Shown piece after piece: positions 20,997-32,649 of a stretch of 34,676 nucleotides of DNA. This DNA is from Thioalkalivibrio sp. GTDB lineage: Bacteria > Pseudomonadota > Gammaproteobacteria > Ectothiorhodospirales > Ectothiorhodospiraceae. The notes under the pieces were generated by a model, which had not been told where the DNA came from, made no database searches, and saw only the letters and a program-made list of their open reading frames with translations. Location of the stretch: positions 1 to 34,676 of the forward strand of contig SKOF01000185.1 in assembly GCA_007120155.1 (NCBI GenBank), given 5' to 3'. The translations under genes were made by a program, and so were the position numbers. Every line of letters starts with the position of its first letter. Positions within the stretch are counted from its first letter, which is position 1.

Positions 20997-22079
20997 TTAA
21001 CCTTTACGTTGTTCGAATTCCGCCATGAAGTCCACCAGCGCGCTCACGCCAGCCTCGGGCATGGCGTTATAGATGCTGGCGCGCATGCCGCCCACGGAGC
21101 GATGGCCCTTGAGTGTGGTCAGGCCCAGGGCCGCGGCTTCCTTCAAGAACTCGGCGTCCAGCTCGGGATTGGCGAGGGTGAAGGGTACGTTCATCCACGA
21201 ACGGCAGGCCGGATCCACTGGATTGCTGTAGAAATCAGAGCCGTCGATGGCGGCGTAGAGCTTCTCCGCCTTGCGCCGGTTGATCCGCGCCATGGCCTCG
21301 AGACCGCCCATATCCAGCAGCCACTTGAACACCAGCCCCGCCAGATACCAGCCGTAGGTGGGCGGCGTGTTGTACATGGAGCCGCTTTCCGCGTGGGTCT
21401 TGTAGTCGAACATGGTGGGCGTGCCCGATACGGTTTCCCCGATCAGGTCCTCGCGCACGATGGCGATGGTCAGCCCCGCCGGCCCGATATTCTTCTGGGC
21501 ACCGGCATAGATGACCCCGTAGCGGGACACATCCACCGGACGCGACAGGATGGTCGAGGACATGTCCGCCACCAGGGGCACGTCACCCGTGTCCGGGATC
21601 CAGTGAAACTCCACACCGCCGATGGTTTCGTTGGGGGTGTAGTGCAGGTAGGCGGCGTCATCGGCGCACCGCCAGGACTCGAAGGCGGGGATGGCATTGA
21701 AACCGCTGTCCTCACCCGTCGCCACCACATTCACGTCAGCGAACCTGCGGGCCTCGGCAATGGCCTTCCTGGACCAGGCTCCCGTATTGACGTAATCGAC
21801 GCGCGTTCTGCCGCGCAGCAGGTTCATGGGCACCATGGCGAACTGGGCCGACGCGCCGCCCTGCAGGAACAGGACCTTGTAATTGTCGGGGATACCCATC
21901 AGCACGCGCAGGTCGCGCTCGGCGGATTCGGCGATGGACATGAAGGCTTTGCCCCGGTGACTCATCTCCATGACAGACATGCCGGTACCGTTCCAGTCCA
22001 ACATCTCGTCCCTGGCCTGCTCGAGCACCGGCTCGGGCAACATGGCGGGACCTGCACTGAAATTGAACACGCGTGTCAT
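20997..22079 (-). CDS. serC: Phosphoserine aminotransferase
   Basis: [50 protein letters not shown]. Confidence 0.97.
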   Translation of the reverse strand: MTRVFNFSAGPAMLPEPVLEQARDEMLDWNGTGMSVMEMSHRGKAFMSIAESAERDLRVLMGIPDNYKVLFLQGGASAQFAMVPMNLLRGRTRVDYVNTGAWSRKAIAEARRFADVNVVATGEDSGFNAIPAFESWRCADDAAYLHYTPNETIGGVEFHWIPDTGDVPLVADMSSTILSRPVDVSRYGVIYAGAQKNIGPAGLTIAIVREDLIGETVSGTPTMFDYKTHAESGSMYNTPPTYGWYLAGLVFKWLLDMGGLEAMARINRRKAEKLYAAIDGSDFYSNPVDPACRSWMNVPFTLANPELDAEFLKEAAALGLTTLKGHRSVGGMRASIYNAMPEAGVSALVDFMAEFEQRKG

Positions 22080-22196
22080 GGGGGCCTCGATTTGTTGTTC
22101 ACTGTGGTTGTCTGGAAATCCGTCAGGTTTGCAGGGTTGCTGGCCCGGTGCAGGTTGGGGTGAGTGCAGCGAACCCCAACCTGCGGGCTACAGGTA

Positions 22197-24791
<2,595 letters not shown>

Positions 24792-24833
24792 GCCGGGGCA
24801 CACCCTCATCTATGGGGGATTGGCAAAGGGAAA

Positions 24834-24842
24834 ATCATACCA
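24834..24842 (-). promoter_or_regulatory. Putative extended -10 promoter for gyrA
   Basis: Minus strand TGgTATGAT about 43 nt upstream of the gyrA ATG, matching the TGnTATAAT consensus. Confidence 0.45.
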
Positions 24843-24897
24843 CGACCCCGGGGTCGGGGTCGATCGAGATCAGGGCGCAGACGGGCTCTCAGGCACT

Positions 24898-25007
24898 CTC
24901 ATGAGGTGAGAAGTGAGAATCGGGAAGTGGGAAGAAACTTCAAAACCCCACCAAGCCGTCTGTCTCGCGGTTTCGCACTTCCCGATTCTCACTTCTCACT
25001 TCATGAG
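24898..25007. repeat. 36-bp inverted repeat of 7-nt tandem units (GTGAGAA) overlapping the mtnA stop codon
   Basis: ctcatgaggtgagaagtgagaatcgggaagtgggaa (24898-24933) against 24972-25007, 34/36 complementary. Confidence 0.9.
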
Positions 25008-26036
25008 GGCCGTCATTTTGGCCCGATCCGGCCTCTCCACCACCCCCTTTTCCGTGACGATGGCATCGATCAGCTCTGCCGGGGTGACGTCAAAGGCCGG
25101 ATTCCAGGCGCCGGCCCCTTCCGCCGCCACGGGCTGTCCGCCCAGGCTCAGGACTTCCGACGCATCGCGCTCCTCGATGGGGATGCCGGCGCCGTCGGGT
25201 GTCTCCATGTCGATGGTGGAAGTGGGGGCCACCACCATGAAACGCACGCCGTGGTGACGGGCCAGTACGGCCAGGGGATACGTGCCTATCTTGTTGGCGG
25301 TGTCGCCATTGGCGGCGATCCGGTCGGCGCCCACCACCACCCAGCCCACGCACCCCCGGCGCATGAGGCTGGCGGCGGCGCCCTCGCAGACCAGATCCAC
25401 CGGTATGCCGTCCTGTACCAGTTCCCAGGCGGTGAGCCGGGCACCCTGCAGCCACGGGCGCGTTTCGTCGGCGTACACCTTGTCGATGTGCCCCGCAGCG
25501 AACGCGCTGCGTATGACACCAAGGGCGGTGCCGTAACCGCCGGTCGCCAGGGAACCCGTATTGCAATGGGTGAGCACGGCCCCGGCCGGCCCCATCAATG
25601 CTGCCCCCAGTTCACCCATACGCCGGTTGGCGGCCAGATCCTCTTCATGAATCCGCCGCGCTTCCGCCTCCAGGGCGGCCGGCAGATCCATGCCACCTGC
25701 CTCGATGACCCGCTCCATCCGGCCCAGGGCCCAGAACAGGTTGACCGCCGTGGGGCGGGCCGCGGCCAGGCGCTCCATGGCGGGTTCGAGGACCTTCAGC
25801 CAGTCGCGGGTATCCGCGGGTGCGGCGCGGGCCGCCATGGCCACGCCGTAGGCCGCCGTGATGCCGATGGCCGGGGCTCCGCGCACCACCATGTCCCGGA
25901 TGGCGGAGGCCGCCGCTGCCGCGTCCGGTATGTCCAGGTACACGCTCTCGCCGGGCAGGCGCCGCTGATCCAGCAGACGCAGGTGGTCGCCGGTCCACTG
26001 CACGGCGCGTACGGTGTCGTGGGTCACTCGGTTCAT
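24996..26036 (-). CDS. mtnA: S-methyl-5-thioribose-1-phosphate isomerase
   Basis: [69 protein letters not shown]. Confidence 0.96.
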   Translation of the reverse strand: MNRVTHDTVRAVQWTGDHLRLLDQRRLPGESVYLDIPDAAAAASAIRDMVVRGAPAIGITAAYGVAMAARAAPADTRDWLKVLEPAMERLAAARPTAVNLFWALGRMERVIEAGGMDLPAALEAEARRIHEEDLAANRRMGELGAALMGPAGAVLTHCNTGSLATGGYGTALGVIRSAFAAGHIDKVYADETRPWLQGARLTAWELVQDGIPVDLVCEGAAASLMRRGCVGWVVVGADRIAANGDTANKIGTYPLAVLARHHGVRFMVVAPTSTIDMETPDGAGIPIEERDASEVLSLGGQPVAAEGAGAWNPAFDVTPAELIDAIVTEKGVVERPDRAKMTALMK

Positions 26037-26132
26037 GGGCGGCGATTGTACGCTTCGGCCCCACCCCTAGAAACCGTAATGCCCGGGAAATCGGTGTTAT
26101 AAGTGACGAGTACACCCCTCTTCACCCGGAGC

Positions 26133-26444
26133 ATGCCATGGAAACCCCGGGTGGTGTTCGGCATCGGTTACGGGGACGATCTGGCCCGCGCCCGGGATCT
26201 GATCCTGGAGATCGTGGAGGCGGACGAACGCATTCTGAAAGACCCTGCTCCCGCCGTGGTGCTGGCCGACCTGGCCGACAGCAGCGTCAACATCGCAGTG
26301 CGCCCGTGGGTCAGCAGCGGCGACTTCTGGCCCGTGCGCGCCGACCTGCTGGAGAAGATCAAGGCCGCTTTCGACAGCAACGGAATCAACATCCCCTATC
26401 CGCAGCGCGACGTACACCTGTACCAGGTCAGCGCACCCGGTTGA
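26133..26444 (+). pseudogene. Orphan C-terminal fragment of a small-conductance mechanosensitive channel (MscS family)
   Basis: VFGIGYGDDL...ADSSVNIAVRPWV...GINIPYPQRDVH is the MscS cytoplasmic alpha/beta domain. The TM and beta domains are absent and there is an in-frame stop immediately upstream (26100-26102). Confidence 0.75.
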
Positions 26445-26630
26445 GAACGGCAAGATACCGAACGTCTCCGGTGGCCAGGGATGGTCCACGTGCGTCACCC
26501 GCGCTCGCCCCGAACACCGGCGCTTGATCGATCTGCATTTCCGCCTTATGTTGCTCACAGGCGTCAGGGAGCGACGAGATTATCCGGCACCCTGGCTGTC
26601 ATGGATGACTATCAGATCAGGGAGCCGATC

Positions 26631-29600
26631 ATGCCTCGCCACCACTCGTTCCTCCCCGCCGCCATTCTCGGCCTGGCGCTGTACGCCGTGGCGTCCTCCG
26701 CGGACGAACACGACGACCACTCCGGCAGTCTTCTTCGCGATGTCTACGACCGGCCCGGCTTGGATCCCTACCGGCAGATGATCGACGAGAACGTCGAACA
26801 CATCGATCCCTTTACCGGGCAGGTCCAATACCACCACATCGACCTGGTCGTCCCGGGCAACGGCGGCCTGGACATCGTCGTGCAACGCTCCTATGCCAGC
26901 GTGCGCGACACTTTGGGCCCCATCAACTCCATTGGCGTCGGATGGAACCTCCACTTCGGGCGCGTCCTGATCGCCGATCTTGCCAAGCTCTGCTCGCCCA
27001 TCTGGGGCGTTCATGTGCACGACAACCCCGTACTGGAGACGCCCGACGGACGTTCCCGCCTGCTGGTCTACCCCTCGGAACACTCGTTTCTCTACATCAC
27101 CAGCGACCAATGGCGCGGAGAATGCCTCTCCGGACTGGATACCGGGCTGATCGTTACGGACCCCAACGGGGTGCGATACACCATGAATCAGTTGACCACC
27201 TACGCCAACATGGGCCCCTCCAACACTTCCGCACTGTACGCATCCAGAATCGAGGACCCCAACGGCAACTGGATCGAGATCGACTATCTGCATGGCGGCG
27301 CGTTCGGGGCGCGCCTCCTTATCGAGCGGGTCCGGGCGAGCGACGGACGGCTGGTGGAATTCAGGTATCGCAACCAGGGCACGGATCAGGTGACCCTGGC
27401 ATCCATCGAGGCGGACGACCGCACCTGGTCATACACACACCAGTCCGCACCGGGCGGCTTCCATCACAATCTCACCGCAGTCGAGCGTCCGGATGGCTCG
27501 CGCTGGGAATACGAATACTTCGGCTCCCTGCCCTTCGGCACCGCCGGTCGTTATAACCTGCGCAAGGTCACTTACCCGCAGGGTGGAGTCGTCGAATACG
27601 ACTACCAGTACTCAAGCGACAACTACGGCGCCGCCTTCCCCTTCATCCGGTCACGCACCGTCTCCGGTCGAGGCGCCACCGCAGGGCAGTGGACCTACAC
27701 ACGAAGCGCCACACCGACCGGAGACCATACCCAGATCACGGGGCCCGAAGGGACCCGCTGGTACCGGCACTGGGGAACGACCGCTGCCGCGCACACGTTC
27801 GGCACGCTCTATGCCGTCGGCGTCCTGCTGGAGATGGAGGTCCGCGACCTCAACGGGGATCTGGTCCATGCGGAGTCCTACGGTTGGCGGCCCCGGAAGG
27901 TCTCCGACGAGAACTACTGGATCCCTAGCCGGCCCGTGGGATACATCACACCGGCCTACTATGCGCCCGTCATGAGCGGGAAGAGCTACAACCGCGACGG
28001 CATTGATGGCTGGTACTCCACCGTGTTCGAGAACCACGACGTCTTCGGAAATGCCCGTCGTATCACTGAGCAGGGCACCCGGGTGCGCATCACCAACCGC
28101 ACCTTCCTGAACGACACCACCCGATGGATCGTCCACACCGTCAAGGACGAGACCATAGACGGCATCGGCACAGTCCAGCGGGAGTTCGACTCGCGAGGAA
28201 ACCTGGTCTCCGAGAACCGCTACGGTGTGCCCACGACCTTTGCCTACCACCCCACCGGGGATCTCCACACGGTCACCGACACCCTGGGGCGGACCACCCG
28301 CCACACGGACCACCGGCGCGGCATCGCCCGCACCGAGACACTTCCGGACGGGGCCACCATCCTGCGCACCGTGGACGATGCCGGCCGGATCACCACTGAA
28401 ACCGACCCGAGAGGGCATACCACGCGGTTTGCCTATGACCCCATGGGACGGATCGCCCGCGTGGACCATCCCGCCGGCCATCCCCTGACGGTCAGCTACC
28501 GCATATCCCACGATCGCAGCGAGTACGAGGCGGAACGCGGCGACTACCGGGAAGCGGGTCTATACGACGGTTTCGGCAGGTTGACCCGTATGGAGCGCAA
28601 CGGCATCCGGACCACCTTCGGCTACGACAGCCTTGGCCGACGCACGTTCACCTCCCATCCCGGCTCATCCCTTGGCCTGACCACCCATTTCGATCCCATC
28701 GGACGCATCACGCGCATCGTGCACGCCGATGGCAGCGAGCGGCGCTTCGACCATGAAGCCAACGTCCTCTACATCACGGACGAACGCGGCCAGCGGTTCC
28801 AGGAGATCCACATGGCCTTCGGAGACCCGGACGAGACCTGGCTTGCGGCCTATATCGCACCCCATATCGGCGCCACCGCCATCGGGCGGAACACCCTGGG
28901 CCTGATCACCAGCGTCCACCAAAGTGCCCAGCTCACGCGCACCTACGACTATGACAGCCGGTACTTCCTGATGCGGGAAACCCATCCGGAAACGGGCATC
29001 ACGGAATACGGACGCGATGCCGTGGGGAACATGATATCCCGGCAGGTCAACGGCGCCGGCACCCTCCTCTTCCAGTACGATGCCCGGGATCGTCTCGTCG
29101 CGGTCGATTATCCCGACGACACCCCGCCCGCAACCTACCTCTACGATCCCGCGCTACGATCCCGCGGGCAATCTGCTCAACGCGGACAACGGGCTCTCAC
29201 TGCGTACCTACACCTACGACCCCAACAACAACCTCGCCTCCGAGTCCGTGCGCATCCCCGGAGAGTCCTTCGAGATCCGCTACGCGCACAACGGGCTCGA
29301 TCACCTGGAAGCCATCGGGTATCCGGACGGGCGGCAAGTCGGCTACGCCCCCGATCCCCTCGGACGGCCCACCCGGATCGGCGATTTCGTGGCCGCCATC
29401 ACCTACCACCCCGACGGGCAGCCGCATACCCTTGCCTATGCCAACGGCGTCGCCACCACTCTCGACCAGGACCCCGAACGTCTGTGGCTGGCCGGCATCC
29501 GGGTGGCAGGTTCGGGCGGCGCGCTGCTCAACCTGGATTACGACCACGATCCCGCCGGCAACGTCACACGGATTCAGAACATCCTTGAACCCGCCCACAG

Positions 29601-30381
29601 TCATGTCATGAGCTACGACGGCCTGGGCCGCATGACGGCCGCATCGGGCCCATGGGGCAGCGGCAGCTACACCTACGACGTGGTAAGCAACATCGTCTCC
29701 CAAACCCTGGGCACCTACCGCGTCGACTACGGCTACGACCTCAACGCCAACCGGCTTGCCTGGACCCTGGGCAGCGAGTTCCGGCTGTTTGACTACGACC
29801 CGCACGGCAACATCACCCGGAACGGCCCGTTCGCCTACCTGTACGATGCCACGGACGCCCTGCGCGAGGGCCGCATCCTGGTCCAGACGCCCGATGGCAC
29901 CGAGGAGATCACCATCACCGCCTTCGGCTACGACGCCGACGGACGCCGGGTCGTCGAACACCGCCACCCCACGGAGGATGCCGAGGCGCGCAACGCCACG
30001 TATCTCTACACACGCGACAACCGCCTGCTCGCCGAGTACCACGACGACGGCCGCCGCCGCGATTACATCTACCTGGACCACAGCCTGATCGCAGCCGTCG
30101 ACGTCATCGCCACCGATCCGCCCCCCTCCCCCGGCGATCCGTCAGCGCACATTCCAGACCACGTGACCGAGAACGTCCCCGAGCATGCCCACGAGCGCAT
30201 CCCCGCCCATGCGCAAGTGCCGTTCCTCGCGCCCATGCGAAGCGCGCCCGCCGCGAGCAGTACCGGCGATCCCCCGCAGCACGGCATCCACACCCGTGAG
30301 GACACCCCGCCCGAGGCGCACACCCTCTCGCGCCGCCCCCAGCACGCCCCCCCGGCACCCGCCACCGGCCTGCGCCGCTGA
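26631..30381 (+). pseudogene. Secreted RHS/YD-repeat shell protein lacking the Rhs core, frameshifted at about 29154 (1245 aa if the 13-bp duplication is removed)
   Basis: GGAG RBS, signal peptide MPRHHSFLPAAILGLALYAVASSA, DUF6531-like EHIDPFTG..IDLVVPGNGGLDIVVQRSY, and many YD repeats. The repeats continue in the other frame (ORF 29080-30381) from YDPAGNL onward. Confidence 0.85.
29141..29166. repeat. Exact 13-bp tandem duplication ctacgatcccgcg x2
   Basis: 29141-29153 is identical to 29154-29166 and coincides with the frame switch in the RHS gene. Confidence 0.95.
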
Positions 30382-30411
30382 TCACGGACCGAGACCCAGG
30401 GAGACACGGAC

Positions 30412-31305
30412 ATGCACTCCAGAAGATACCCGCACACCCTCTTTGCGCTGCTGCTCCTCGCCCTCGCGGCCCCCTTCACCGCCCAGGCCCAGGAGACCGT
30501 CACCTACTACCACCTGGACGCCCTCGGCTCCCCCGTGGCCGCCACCGACGCCACAGGCGCCCTGCTCTGGCGCGAGACCTACACCCCCTACGGCGAGCGC
30601 TGGCGCGCCGAGACCCGGGATCATCCCGCCTACACCGGCAAGCTCCAGGACCCCGATCTCGGTCTCTCCTACCTGGGCGCGCGCTGGTACGACCCGCGTC
30701 TCGGGCGCTTCATGGGCACCGACCCGGCGGGCTTTCGGGAAGACGATGTCATCAGCTTCAACCGCTACGCCTATGCCAGCAACAACCCCTACGGCAACCT
30801 CGACCCCGACGGCAACATCCCCATCCCGGTACTGGTTTTTGGGGCCTACAAACTGGCCAGCCTGGGCTATGATGCCTACAGTACCTACAGAACCCTCAGC
30901 AGCGCGGATGCCACCACCACCGACAAGGCGCTGGCGGTGGGCGGGATGGCCGCAGGGGCAATTGACCCCACAGGCGTATCGCGACATGTGCGGTCGATGC
31001 GGCAGGGGGGAGGGGTTGCGAGGGGGACAGAAACCACTGTAATCGGCCGGGTCAGAGACTTACAAAACCTAAGGCCGGGGGAAAGATCGCTACTTAGTCG
31101 CCTCCCGGATCAGGGGAGTCCGAGGGCGAACTGGAGGCAAAACTCGGGTGTGCTCCGTCAGGAAATGAACAGAGGGCGGCCAATTCGTGATGCATCCCCA
31201 GGTGATCGCCGCGGGCAATTTCTCAATGCTGAGCGCAATTTGTTGGAAAGTCGTGGCTGGACGTTTGATCAGAGAACCAGTTACTGGTTACCACCGAGTC
31301 CATGA
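30412..31305 (+). CDS. Signal peptide + RHS repeat-associated core + polymorphic C-terminal toxin
   Basis: GGAG upstream, signal peptide ending AQA, YYHLDALGSP, YTGK..DPDLGLSYLGARWYDPRLGRF..DP, YAYASNNP...DPDG, then a C-terminal extension of about 162 aa. Confidence 0.9.
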   Translation: MHSRRYPHTLFALLLLALAAPFTAQAQETVTYYHLDALGSPVAATDATGALLWRETYTPYGERWRAETRDHPAYTGKLQDPDLGLSYLGARWYDPRLGRFMGTDPAGFREDDVISFNRYAYASNNPYGNLDPDGNIPIPVLVFGAYKLASLGYDAYSTYRTLSSADATTTDKALAVGGMAAGAIDPTGVSRHVRSMRQGGGVARGTETTVIGRVRDLQNLRPGERSLLSRLPDQGSPRANWRQNSGVLRQEMNRGRPIRDASPGDRRGQFLNAERNLLESRGWTFDQRTSYWLPPSP

Positions 31306-31892
31306 TAAGGGTAATGAGCATTATGGACACATCGGATCGTTCATCTCTCGATTTTGTTAGGCATACCCGAAGGGCGTTTGAGTTCCTTGGCGAATTAGGA
31401 TTCTCAGAAATCGAGGCTTTGTCGACACTTGTACGTTACCGAAAATTCAGTGTTGAAGTGGATGTGTATCACGGTCGGCAATCGTATGAGATTGGAGTAG
31501 GTGTTACTGCATTCGGAACTCGATACCCGATTTCGGAGATCATTCGCGCCGAAGATCCGGAAGCTGAGAAACGCTTTCGCTATCCGGCGACGACGACACC
31601 GGAAGGTGTAGTTGCCGGTCTCGATAAACTAAGTGCATTGTTGAAGCGCTATGGCCGCTTAGCTCTTGATGGCGATCCACAGTTTTTCTCAAAACTCGAA
31701 GATCAGCGGACGGTATGGGCTAAGGAATATGCGCTTGATGTTCTTGCCCGACAATTGCGCCCTAAGGCAAATGAAGCGTTCCGAAAAAGAGATTATGCGA
31801 CTGCAGCAGACCTTTACTCTCGTATTCTCAAGCGATTGAGTCCGGCAGAACTCAAAAAACTGGATATCGCTGAGGACCGACGTAAAGGCTGA
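31302..31892 (+). CDS. Putative cognate immunity protein
   Basis: ATGA overlap with the toxin stop, visibly lower GC than flanking genes, no signal peptide, and a TPR-like C-terminal helix pair (ANEAFRKRDYATAADLY). Confidence 0.7.
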   Translation: MIRVMSIMDTSDRSSLDFVRHTRRAFEFLGELGFSEIEALSTLVRYRKFSVEVDVYHGRQSYEIGVGVTAFGTRYPISEIIRAEDPEAEKRFRYPATTTPEGVVAGLDKLSALLKRYGRLALDGDPQFFSKLEDQRTVWAKEYALDVLARQLRPKANEAFRKRDYATAADLYSRILKRLSPAELKKLDIAEDRRKG

Positions 31893-31932
31893 GATATCCA
31901 ACCGCTGTCCGGTCCCCAACCAATCCTTACCG

Positions 31933-32520
31933 GTCGACGTCATCGCGACCGATCCGCTCCCCGCCCCCAGCACGCCGCCCCGGCGCCCGCCACCGGCCTG
32001 CGCCGCTGATCACGGACCGAGACCCAGGGAGACACGGACATGCACTCCAGAAGATACCTGCACACCCTCTTTGCGCTGCTGCTCCTCGCCCTCGCGGCCC
32101 CCTTCACCGCCCAGGCCCAGGAGACCGTCACCTACTACCACCTGGACGCCCTCGGCTCCCCCGTGGCCGCCACAGACGCCACAGGCGCCCTGCTCTGGCG
32201 CGAGACCTACACCCCCTACGGCGAGCGCTGGCGCGCCGAGACCCGCGATCACCCCGCCTACACCGGCAAGCTCCAGGACCCCGATCTCGGCCTCTCCTAC
32301 CTGGGCACACGCTGGTACGACCCGCGCCTGGGGCGCTTCATGGGCACCGACCCGGCCGGCTTTCGGGAAGACGACGTCATCAGCTTCAACCGCTACGCCT
32401 TTGGCAGCAACAACCCCTACGGAAACCTCGACCCCGACGGCAACATCCCCATCCCGGTACTGATCTTCGGGGCCTACATACTGGCGCGCCTGAACCATGA
32501 TGCTTATAGTAGCCATAGGC
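31933..32520 (+). repeat. Direct-repeat copy of 30097-~30890 lacking 208 bp (30125-30332)
   Basis: 31933-31960 matches 30097-30124. From 31961 onward it matches 30333 onward at a constant offset of 1628. Confidence 0.92.
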
Positions 32521-32528
32521 AAACCTAG
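32040..32528 (+). pseudogene. Second signal peptide + Rhs core cassette, truncated shortly after DPDG (no toxin domain)
   Basis: Near-identical to 30412-~30850. It diverges progressively after IPIPVL and stops at a TAG belonging to a REP-like element. Confidence 0.8.
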
Positions 32529-32610
32529 GTTGGGGTGGACGAAGCGAGCCCCAACAGGGGTTGCGATCCATTGCCGATCGTTGGGGTTCGTTTCGCTCGC
32601 CTCGACCTAC
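32525..32610. repeat. REP doublet (REPIN-like, GTAG family)
   Basis: ctaggttggggtggacgaagcgagccccaac ... gttggggttcgtttcgctcgcctcgacctac. The arms are inverted, the right arm ends in CTAC (GTAG on the other strand), and the left arm has an internal gttgggg/ccccaac palindrome. Confidence 0.75.
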
Positions 32611-32649
32611 GGGTCGCTGACCACACAAGTGTCTCGCTGAATACTGCTC

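Noticed and set aside
29154-29588. C-terminal about 145 aa of the 1035-aa RHS ORF as a real domain
   Set aside because: Out-of-frame read-through after the 13-bp duplication: Arg-rich nonsense while YD repeats continue in the other frame.
29080-30381. Independent 433-aa RHS gene
   Set aside because: Its first about 24 aa are not YD-like and no RBS is evident. It is better explained as the 3' part of the frameshifted shell gene.
30412-30492. Tat signal in the core/toxin protein (SRR)
   Set aside because: SRRYPH/SRRYLH does not fit the RRxFLK consensus well, and the Leu-rich h-region with AQA looks Sec-type. Not fully excluded.
26103-32610. Integrase- or IS-driven genomic island
   Set aside because: No integrase, transposase, tRNA att site or flanking direct repeats were seen in the window.
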